Of a DNA stretch of 64,000 bases, positions 26,290-36,248 are shown in pieces. Origin of the DNA: Eledone cirrhosa (lineage: Eukaryota); assembly GCA_964016885.1 (NCBI GenBank), contig OZ024745.1, positions 90,768,001 to 90,832,000 of the forward strand, written 5' to 3'. Made by a program: the position numbers and the translations under genes. Under the pieces are notes generated by a model. The model ran no database searches and was not told where the DNA came from. It saw only the letters and a list, made by a program, of their open reading frames with translations. Positions within the stretch are counted from its first letter, which is position 1; each line of letters begins with the position of its first letter.

Positions 26290-26871
26290 TGGAACATAAG
26301 GGCAAATTAGAGAACATAGAAATAAAAATAAAATCCACACACAGAAAAGACGCAATGTTTAGACAAATCACAGAGGCAATAAACATAAATGAACTCCAAC
26401 CAAAATTAAATAGAAAACATGAATGGAATAGCAACATCACAACTTACAATTAAGGACAAAATGAAAACACACACAAAGAACAACCAGTAACATGTAAATA
26501 AACAAATAAATAAACAAATAAAAACACACACAGACACCCGGATGTAACACATGCGCAAACTAAGCACACAACACACACAAAAACAAGATGGCGTAGGACA
26601 GATCAAAGGAGAGGCACAAAACAAAGAAAAGAATCCCCAGTCACTGAAGAGGTCACAGAATGTGTGACGAAAGAACTTTGACAATATATGAACAACCGTC
26701 CAGTTGTGGAACCAACCAACCGGAAATTTATAATTTAATTTATAAAAAATTGGAGTAAAAGCAACTGGTGTGTGTGTGTTTCTTATTGGCAACATGACTC
26801 TCCCAAAGTATAACAATATCGGTTTCAACACACGTTTTCAGATAAAGAATCTTGCTAAACAAATTCAGAAA

Positions 26872-26875
<4 letters not shown>
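26290..26875 (+). mobile_element. PLE pLTR/3' region with hammerhead (family of 18304)
   Basis: Colinear with 18440-18846; ends CAGAAACGA(TA)n. Confidence 0.8.
26640..26682 (+). ncRNA. Minimal type-I hammerhead ribozyme (second copy)
   Basis: GUCA-CUGAAGA-G-GUCACA-GAAUG-UGUGAC-GAAAG-AA-CU-U-UGAC. Confidence 0.75.
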
Positions 26876-26909
<34 letters not shown>

Positions 26910-27065
26910 CTACATACATACATACATATATACATACATACATACATTTACGTATGTATATAGCTATGCATTTATACATTTGTATATATACATGCATATA
27001 TATTTAAGTGTGTAAGTATATATATATATCATATATACACACACACTCACATATGTGTGTGTGTG

Positions 27066-27100
<35 letters not shown>

Positions 27101-27119
27101 GCACACACACACATAAATA

Positions 27120-27316
27120 TTTTTTTTTTCTTTTTTCAGTCTGGTCTACCTCTGGTGGTAGGGTCCATACCGTAGATAGAACTCAATGTAATTAATTCTT
27201 TAGATGCAGAGTCAGATATTAGGTATTAAATTAACAATAAAAATAAAAACAACAAAATAAAAGCAAAGTTATAAAGTAACTTGACTTTGTTCTTTTTATT
27301 TTCATTGTTAATTTGA
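27120..27316 (-). mobile_element. Fold-back pLTR-like remnant
   Basis: Imperfect inverted arms about 27229-27257/27286-27313; minus-strand ACTC-N24-GAGT (TTGAGTTC) at 27181-27212. Confidence 0.55.
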
Positions 27317-27337
27317 TCACACACACACAGACAGAGA

Positions 27338-27528
27338 GGAAAATGTATAACCCCGACGGCAGAGCTCAAGCCGTTTCGACGGCTATTTCTGTCCAGAAAT
27401 AGCTGTCAAAACAGCTTGAGCTCTGCTGTCGGCATTATTCATTTTCCTATTACCCACTCTACTACCCTAAGTATTGAGTACACTGGTGCATTGTGGTCCA
27501 TCTGATTCCTTACCACACTTCCTTCGTT
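27338..27528 (+). mobile_element. Fold-back pLTR remnant carrying hammerhead 3' half (family of 59194)
   Basis: Palindrome 27338-27447; left arm on the minus strand reads GAAACGGC-TTGAGCTCT-GCCGT-C-GGGGT; ACTC..TTGAGTAC at 27456-27481; ends at (TA)n. Confidence 0.75.
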
Positions 27529-27770
27529 ATATATATATATTTCCGGGTTCAGTCCCACTGCCCGAGCCGACCAAAGTCCTGTGAGTGGATTTGATAGACC
27601 GAAACTAAAAGAAGCCCGTCGTATATATGTCTGTGTGTGTCTTTGCGTGTGTTTGCTCTCCCACCAATGCTTGTTGGTTTGTTGACGGCCCCATAACTTA
27701 CCAAGGTGATGCTCCATCATGGGCGTAGTCCAGAGACAGAAAAAAAGTAAAGTGTGTGCGCGTGTGTAGA

Positions 27771-28161
27771 AGAGGGGTCTCAAACTCAAGGACACAAAGG
27801 GCAATTACATCCTGGAGGAGAGGCACAGTGGGCAAAACGTGGTGGTGGGTGATGATTTTCACCAGTTATAATCATTTCTACTATAGGGATTTGGGGTTTA
27901 GGGTTCAGTTGATTACATCGATCCGAGTACACAACTGGTACTTAATTCATCGACCCAAAAGGATGAAAGGCAAAGTTGAGATCGGCGGAATTTGAACTCA
28001 GAACGTAAAAACGGAAGAAGTACAGTTAAGCATTCGCCAGATGTGCTAACGATTCCACCAGCTCACCGCCTTATTTTCACCAGTTATAATGCAATATGAA
28101 ATATTGCTTCTACCACGGGCCACAGAAAAGTAGTTCACGGGCCGCATGTTTGAACCCCCTA
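27771..28161. mobile_element. hAT (Charlie-like) MITE with inserted SINE B
   Basis: AGGGGTCTCAAAC...GGGCCGCATGTTTGAACCCCCT termini; TTTTCACCAGTTATAAT duplicated around the SINE. Confidence 0.6.
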
Positions 28162-28280
28162 TTGTAGATAGATAGATACATAGATAGATAGACGTGGACC
28201 AAACACACACACACATTTCTTACTCTCTCTGTCCCTCCCTCTTTCTCTCTTCATTTATATATATATATATATATATATAA

Positions 28281-28612
28281 TACAATATTAAATAAATGGA
28301 AACTATATTTATAAAACCATATTTATTTCATTATATATATTTCAGGGATATCATATTAACAATATGCTATGCCTTCCTCAGACAAAATACAATATAAACA
28401 GTTTTATAGATAAATAGATTCGACATACCGTAACAACATCGACTTGTATTTGAAAAGGTTGATTTGAAATATATATAATGAAATAAATATGGTTTTATAA
28501 ATATAGTTTCCATTTATTTAATATTGTAAATATACTCCAAATATTTGTTGAGTGCTTTTATATCAGTTATAAATATTTACTAGTTGTAACCCAACAATTT
28601 AAATATAACTTT

Positions 28613-28614
<2 letters not shown>
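28281..28614 (+). mobile_element. Fold-back pLTR-like remnant
   Basis: 64-bp inverted arms 28281-28344/28465-28528; ACTC..TTGAGTGC at 28534-28555; (TA)n on both sides. Confidence 0.7.
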
Positions 28615-28643
<29 letters not shown>

Positions 28644-28647
<4 letters not shown>

Positions 28648-31631
28648 AAAATTGAACGGGAACAAAACAGAGAGGCAGTACAAACAAAGGTTTATTAGTT
28701 TCACGCTCTTGAGAGTGGGGTGGTGGTGGGGAACGACGTTTCGGGCATAAGCCCTTCTTCAGGCGAAAAGTGTGTGGGAGGAGAGTTCCAAGGGTGTGTA
28801 GGGGAGTGGGGGAGAGACATTTAGAAAAAAGGGGGTGAGAGGAAACGGTACAAATGAAAATAAATATAAAAGCATCATAAAAATAAACATGAAGTTAAAC
28901 AAGTGGTGGAAGGGTGTGGGGCATGTAGGGGTGGTGGCGGGTGGAGTGGGGAGAGGGAGGCAGGGTGTCCGAGCGGGGAGGGCTGAAGGTGGTGTTTGTG
29001 TGTGTATGTGAGAGTTGGGGGAAGAACGGGGTTGCATGTTCAGGAAAAGGTGTGTGTGGGGTGGGGTGTAGGTCAGTGTGTGTGTGTGTGCGTGTGTGGA
29101 TGGGGAGGGGTCAGAGGGGTGGAGAGGATTCCGGAGGCTGAGAGTGTAAATATGTGGTGGTACGCACGTGTGTATGGTGTTTATACGTATTGTGGATGTA
29201 GGTGGCTTGTGGGAAAAAAAATTTTTTGAGTGTATGTCCGTGGGTAAGTTCCTAAGGTAGTTCCGTAGAGGATGTGGTGGAATGGTGGGTAATATCCTTG
29301 TGATGGAGTTGATTCGTGGGAGCGATGTCCAATGTGTGTAATCCGTGGTTGGGTTGGTCGGAAGATGGGAGATGTGGGGTGCGCGCACAACAGGAAGTGG
29401 TCAGAGGGTCAAGGCGGGAGGAGGGTTGTGTGTCTGTGTGTGCGGAAAGGTGGTCAGAGATTCAGAGCATAGCAGCAGTCGGGGAGAATGGCAGATGGAG
29501 AAAGTCGGTGTGTCAGTGTGTGCGGAGGTGTGGTGGACAGGGGAGAGGATGCGTAGGTGTGAAAGGTGGAGTAGGGGGGGTATTAGTAGAGGTGTTAGTG
29601 GGGTGTGTGTGTGTGAGAAGGGGTGTGGTTGGAGTGGGGAGAGGGAGAGAAAGGTGTGGGGGCTGGTGGAGGGAGTGTAGTATGCATGTGCGTGTTTGGA
29701 TGAGTGTGTGTGTGGTGAAGGGGGTGTTAGTATACTGGTGGTGGGGAAAGGGTTGAATGCGGGTGTTAGTGGGGGTTAGTGGTGGTAAGGTGTGTAGAGT
29801 GGGTGGTGTAAGTGGGTGCGGTGTGTGTTCGTGTGCGTGGGGTTGGGGGGTTAGTGGTATTAGTTGTGGGGTGGTGGGAGTGGATGTGTGGGGGAGGGTT
29901 AGTGGTGGTAGTAGGGTGTGGTTAGTCTGAGTGTGTATATATGTACTGGTGGGTGTGTGCGTGATAAGGGGAGGGGGGAGAAGAAAGGATGTTAGTAATG
30001 TTAGTTGGGGAAGGGTGGTCGGGTGTGGGGTGGGAGTGTTAGCATTGTTAGTTGTGGGGTGGGTGGTGAAAAGGAGGAGTGTGTTAGTGGTGTTAGTGGG
30101 GGATATGTGTGTGGGGGGACAGGGCGGTCGAAGGCTAAAGGAATAGGGGTGGGGAGTTCAGGCTGGGGGGAGTGTGGGTCTGTAGGGTGAAGATGGTGCA
30201 TTGTTCGACCCTGAGGAGGGTGGCGGGTGTTCCGTGGCATTGGAGTAGGCCACAGACTGTGAGGTGGTGCACGGAATGTCCAGGGGTGCCAAAGTGGCGG
30301 GCGATGGGGGAACTACCGCCAAGGCGGATAACCCAGAGGTGTTCGGTAAAACGGTCCGCCAGGCGACGTCCAGTCTGTCCAACGTAGGTTGCGCTGCACT
30401 CCGTGCAGCGAAGTCCATAGACTAGGTTGGAGGAGGTGCAGCGGAAGGAATGCCGGGCAGAGAGAGAGTGGTCGTTGTGACCCTGGAAGGTGGTGGTGTT
30501 GGTGATGTGGGGACAGGTGTTGCAACGAGGCCTGGAACAGGGAAGGGAACCAGAGGGGGAGCTGCGGACGAGGAGGGTGCAGAGATTGCGTGCGCGTTTG
30601 AAGGAGGGGAGTGGTGGGGCTGGGAAGATGTGGGAGGCGGAGGAGTCGGACTGAAGGCGTCGGAAGAGGCGTCGGATGGTGCGGTGGAGGGGTGGGGTGG
30701 AAGGGTGGTAGGTGATGGGGAAGGGGAGACGGTTGGTGGGTGTGCAGTGGCGCGGGGTGAAGGTGGTGGAGCGGTGGACAGCACGGGCGCGAGTGAGAGC
30801 GGTGTGGACGAGAGAGGGGTGGGGGGGTAACCTCTGCGGATGAAATGGCTGACTAGGGAAAGGGCCTGGGACTCAAAGTCAGCATCTCGGCTACAGAGGC
30901 GGCGGATCCTGAGAAGTTGGGAGTAGGGAATGGAGTGTTTAGTGTGTGTAGAGTGTGAAGAGGTGAAGTCGAGGTAGGAGTGGGAGTCGGTGGGTTTGAA
31001 GAAGGTGGAGGTGACGAGGTAGTGGTGGGAGGGGTCGAAGGCGACGGAGATGTCTAAGAAGTGGACGTGGGTGGTGGAGATAGAGGTGGTGAAGAGGTGG
31101 TGAAGTGGAGGGAGGGGTGGAAAGATCAGAAGGAGAGAAAGGAGTCGAGCTGTTCTCGGGTGAGGGTCGTGGCTCCGATACAGTTGTCGATGTAACAACC
31201 GTACAGCTCGGGCATGGGGCCGGTGTACTGGGCAAAGATTTGGGCCCATTCTTGTGCCCATGGCTACCCCCGTGACCTGTTGGTAAAACTCACCCAAGAA
31301 GGAGAAACAGTTGAGGGTGAGGACCAGCTCGGCGAGGCGAAGGAGGCTGGGGGTGGAGGGGATGGGGGAGGGGCGAAGGTCAAGGAAGTGCTTGAGGGCA
31401 CGTAGGCCGTCGGCGTGGGGGATGACTGTATAGAGCGACTTGATATCTAGGGTGAAGAGGAAGGGCTGTGGGCCGGGTGGGTAGGTGAAGGAGTCAAATA
31501 GGCGAAGGGCGTGGTTGGTGTCGGGGATGTGGGAGGGGAGGGTGGTGACAAGGGGGGGGGGGGGGGGGGAGAGGATGGAGTCAAGAAAGGCAGAGATGAG
31601 TTCGGGGGGGCAGTTGCAAGCGGAGACTATG

Positions 31632-31638
<7 letters not shown>
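28644..31638 (-). mobile_element. Penelope-like element, Neptune-like (5'-truncated RT, Cys linker, GIY-YIG, long 3'UTR, pLTR)
   Basis: RT: FTLDIKSLYT, LTLNCFSF..FYQQVTGVAMGT, HFLDI, KPTDSHSYL..S.H..H.K.SIPYSQ; linker PCSRPRCNTC; endonuclease CTSSNLVYGLRCTECSATYVGQTGRRLADRFTEH; both ends abut (TA)n. Confidence 0.9.
28734..28765 (-). ncRNA. Minimal PLE-type hammerhead core
   Basis: Minus strand CGC-CUGAAGA-A-GGGC-UUAU-GCCC-GAAAC-GUC-G; stem I weak. Confidence 0.65.
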
Positions 31639-31689
<51 letters not shown>

Positions 31690-31690
<1 letters not shown>

Positions 31691-32130
31691 GTTGTTGAAA
31701 AGAGCAGTCGCCTTTGACCTGGCAATAAAAACTGGAGACAAAATTCTTTGTGTGCAATTGTTCTCTCCGCTCCACATATGACGTATTATCTTCGTTTTTT
31801 CCGTTCATTGCCAGAGAACGTCTCTATGAACCACCTAATAGAATATTAGTCTACGACTTCTTTTATATATACCATAAACGTGGTTTTATCTTTGCGTGTA
31901 ATTGTTTTTCACCACTCCAAATAATGACGTATTATATTCTTTTTTTCCCCGTTCTTTGCCAGGGAACGTTTCCACGAACCAAAGTATCGACTTCCTGTCT
32001 TCCTCCGGTTGCAACGTTTTTTAAAATATTCACTTCCGCGTTCACAGATTGACTTTGTTAGTTTCAGAAGATCCCGTTAAGGGTGAAAGCAGCGATTTTT
32101 TGCTTAAATTTTAATGTTATTTTAATAAAT
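31690..32130 (+). mobile_element. Helitron-associated internal fragment
   Basis: Homologous to 51985-52270 and (inverted) 16995-17170. Confidence 0.55.
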
Positions 32131-32139
32131 ATATATATA

Positions 32140-32645
32140 TTGACGAAGAAGGGGTTCTCCCTGCGTACGAAAGGCCAGTTGTATGATGCCTGTGTGAGGA
32201 GCATGATGCTGCATGGTAGTGAGTCATGGGCAGAAACTGCAGAGGATATGCGACGGCTGGAGAGAAATGAGGCAAGCATGCTCCGTTGGATGTGCAGTGT
32301 AAATGTGCGTGAACGACCTAGCATAAATGTGTTGAGAGAGAAACTGTGTCTGAGAAGGATAGAATGTAGTGTACGGGAGAGGAGACTGAGGTGGTATGGA
32401 CATGTGATGCGCATGGAGGATGACCGATGGGTGAAGAAGTGCCAGGAAATGCCAGTTGAAGGAAGACGTGGTAGAGGTAGACCACGAAAAACATGGGCGG
32501 AGGTGGTGAGAACAGACCTCAGATCATTGAAGCTGACGGTGGAGATGACGAAGGACTGTGACGAGTGGAGAGATGCTATGCTGAATAAGACCCGTCCCAC
32601 CCTTGCAAGCAGGGAAAAGCGGACGTAAAACGATGATGATGATGA

Positions 32646-32649
<4 letters not shown>
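32140..32649 (+). mobile_element. 5'-truncated RTE LINE
   Basis: Encodes the same C-terminus (LTKKGFSLRTKG...PTLASREKRT) with (GAT)n tail. Confidence 0.92.
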
Positions 32650-32731
<82 letters not shown>

Positions 32732-34063
32732 GATACAGATATTGCTTTCTCACTGTCACCAAGCTTCTCAATTCATCGTTGCTACTAAGTATTTTATTTT
32801 GCAAGGTACTATTTTTCCCCCGAGTTTGTGATTTCAGAGAAAGGTAAGAAATTCTTCATATTTTGCATCTTTTGTATTTTGACTTTACAGTTTGAATTGT
32901 AGAATTGTCTATCCACTCAAAATATTACAACAGCTAACAGTGAAATATAGAATTTAAAAAAAAAAGCTTTTTCGACTGAGATCAAATCTTTGAGAACATT
33001 CACGTCTATTTTTCAAAACTATATAATTTGAAATAGCTTGCTTTTGTTTTGGACTGAAACTTTTTTGTATTTAATTCGTACGCGTATTTTTTAAAGATTC
33101 TAACATAACTTGATTTGGCCCAATAATATACCGATATCAAAATCAGTAGCATATTGAAAAATGGAAAAATAGGGGGGGGGGGGGGGGGGGGTTAGTGATT
33201 TTGAGGGGCAAAAGTGGGCGTTTGGCTGAAATGGGTTGAGAACCTTTGTTCTAAACCTTGCTGGTGTGTCTTGTGTCTCTGGATATATTCTGATGGTGAT
33301 GATGGGGGAATGGATTCACTGTCTCTGGATATATTCTAAACCTTGCTTAAAATAATGATGGTGGTGATGGTGGAAGAAGGGGGTTCGCTGTGTCTCTGAA
33401 TATATTCTGATGGTGATAGAAGGGATTCGCTGTCTCTGGATATATTCTAACTCTTGTTGATGATAATGATGGTGGTGATGGTGGAAGGGGGGGGGGGGGG
33501 GGACTGTGTCTCCAGGGAACATTCATTTTATGTCAGTTATGTTACCAAAGGAAGTGAATAGATACCAGAACTTTCTACAAAAATCACCTGTCATACATTA
33601 ACATGTCTAGGGAAAATTGTTGCTCTTCTGTTTAATACCTACCATAGGAAATGGAATTAAGCACTGGCTCCAACAGTTATAGAATATATTACTATATATT
33701 TTAATTAAAATGTAGTTCTGTATTTTTACAAGCATAGAATTAATCAGACTTTCAAAGGAATCTATAATCAACAAAAATAATATTTACTGGGAGAATGCTG
33801 TTTAGTTTGCTCCATGACAGCACTGGTTAGGCAGACATAGTCGAAAAGGTATTCCAGTCATAATCACTAGATCTTTTATTCAGACATAGCATACATAAAA
33901 ATGCAATATCTAATGTCTTTCCTTTTTAACTATTTAACACTTACATTACCCTATATTTAGTATTATATTTTCATGGTAAAGGCTTTATCTCACATAATAT
34001 CGAATCTATGTATGTATGTAAAAGGTAAACGGTAATAGCACAATATATATATATATATATATA

Positions 34064-34237
34064 TATAGAAATGGCTTCTACAGGACTAGAACTGTTTCAT
34101 TCGAAGGAAATCATCAGGCTTTCCCAATGAATGAATGAAACAGTTCTAGTGCTGTAGAAGCCATTTCTATATCAAATATTTATACTCTGCTACATATTGA
34201 GTACCTTACTGACTGTGGTTACCCCCGATTGAACCCA

Positions 34238-34240
<3 letters not shown>
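34064..34240 (+). mobile_element. Fold-back pLTR remnant with hammerhead split across the inversion
   Basis: Left arm (minus): C-CUGAUGA-U-UUC-CUUC-GAA-U-GAAACAG-UUCUAGUC-CUGU-A-GAAGCC; the right arm retains the GGCT(T)TC stem I strand; ACTC..TTGAGTAC at 34184-34204. Confidence 0.75.
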
Positions 34241-34290
<50 letters not shown>

Positions 34291-34969
34291 CATATATGCG
34301 ATGGCTATGTATACAACCCTTTTTCTTTGGAGGACCCTCAGTTATGTCAAAGGCATGACAATCTCTCCTGAGCACTCGTGGAACATGAGACCATACATAA
34401 GCTAGACACAGATCCCTGACCTGCCTGGGAGATCAGTGGCTCCACCACTTCAGTACTGACTTGGTCTATATGGACCTGTTCAAACCTTGCTAGCAAGGAA
34501 AGCAGATGTTAAAACGATGACGAAAATTTGGAACTTGTTAAAACGTCTAAAAGTTTGAAAGGTTCAGTAACTGAGTAGATAAAACACATACTAAATTAAT
34601 TCTTTAGTGCTACAGATAATTTAAACCATTAAAGTTAGAGCTCCATCAGAATACTATCATAATTTAACAATTGGAAGTACAAGAAGTTTGTGCTTTTGTT
34701 ACTGTCCAATCTCTTTATGTCTGTCATGTCTACAAGAGAAGGTGACAAAGTAAATTCAGTGAGGGTACAACAGTTGCTGCTTCTCTGTATTTGACCAACA
34801 ACTGATCACATCTGGTCATTCAACTGACAACATATGGACATAAAAGGTGGTTAGTTAGCAGAGTTGGTAGAACAATAGATAGAATACCTTTCAGTATTCA
34901 TTCCACCTGTTTGCATTCTATATCAACTTTCATTCTTTCAAGGTAAAAAAAAAAAAAAATCAAGTACCA

Positions 34970-35043
34970 TGAGAAACAAAGAGAGAAGAATTGATCCCAG
35001 TGCTGTCCAGCACTGGGATCAATTCTTCTCTCTTTGTTTCTCA
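34970..35043. repeat. Perfect palindrome, 36-bp arms, 2-nt spacer
   Basis: TGAGAAACAAAGAGAGAAGAATTGATCCCAGTGCTG-TC-CAGCACTGGGATCAATTCTTCTCTCTTTGTTTCTCA. Confidence 0.95.
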
Positions 35044-35399
35044 CCTTCTCTCTAGAAGAAGCTGGCTGTATTCAGACCCGGAAAGGGATGGGCCCAACCA
35101 GGTATAAAATACCAAAGACATATATGTTATAAATGCCCTTCTACAACCCCATCAGGAGTTCAGGGTTCAATAACTGAATGAATTTGTGCATAGGTCTATT
35201 TAATCAATACTTTGAATACAATGGTCAACAATATGAGGGGATGCTGAAAAGTTCCTGGCTTTAGGTAAAAGAAAATACAGGAGGATCAGTTAATTATGAT
35301 TTTATTCAACATATTCTCCTCTCAGATTTACACACTTATTGCAGCAGTCATACTTCCCCTGTAAAGATAACAGCTCTCCTCTATCACCCCCTCATAGGT

Positions 35400-35690
35400 G
35401 TCTCTTCTATGTCATAAAGAAATGCTAAGCATCCAGAAAGTGTCCCATCTATGTCATAGAAGAATGCTAAACATCCAGCAAGTGTCCAGCCTATATCATA
35501 GAAGAATGCTAAACATCCAGCAAGTGTCCAGCCTATATCATAGAAGAATGCTAAACATCCAGCAAGTGTCCAGCCTATATCATAGAAGAATGTTAAACAT
35601 CCAGCAAGTGTCCAGACTATGTCATAGAAGAATACTAAACATACAGAAAGTGTCCCATCTATGCTATAGAGGAATGCTAAACATCCAGAA
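35400..35690. repeat. 42-bp minisatellite (about 7 units)
   Basis: Unit TATCATAGAAGAATGCTAAACATCCAGCAAGTGTCCAGCCTA. Confidence 0.92.
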
Positions 35691-36248
35691 ATGAAATGCT
35701 CCAATAATGCATGCATACAAGATTTCTCAGAATCATTTATGTTTATGTCTGCTTTGTAATGTTTGCATGAGTTTGCAGCAAGTTGTCTACAGCAGATGTC
35801 CTTCTTGATGACAACCCATATCTTATTCTAGGTTAAAGTAAATATCACTATAGTTTGTTGGTTGGGCTGCTACACTCCAGGATGTTTTGTTTATGTGGTA
35901 CATAAAAATCTATCACAGCTGAATTTTTTTAACTAGTGTCAAAATGTTTCCAGCTACTCGTAGACATATAAACACAGAGAGAGAGAGAGAGAGAGGGAGG
36001 GAGAGGGAGAGAGAGAGGGAGAGAGAGAGAGAAACACAGAGACACAAATACACACAGACACATGGTGGGCATCATTATGGTTTCCATCAACTAAATTCCC
36101 TTTAGTCTGGTGGTCCAGGACTACAGTCGTGCTATACATTGGGAGTGAACTGAAAACCACATAGTTTCAAAACAAACTTCTTAACCACACATATCTATTA
36201 GTGTGTGTGTGTGCGCGCGCACACACAATATATATATTTTGTTTTTTT

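Larger units (their letters stand above)
26081..33248. mobile_element. Non-autonomous hAT element expanded by nested insertions
   Basis: 13-bp perfect TIRs CAAAGGTTCTCAA / TTGAGAACCTTTG with identical 8-bp TSD TTCTAAAC at 26073-26080 and 33249-33256. Confidence 0.85.

Noticed and set aside
35400-35690. CRISPR-like regular array and repeat-peptide ORFs
   Set aside because: Head-to-tail 42-bp units with no unique spacers and no cas genes; a minisatellite.
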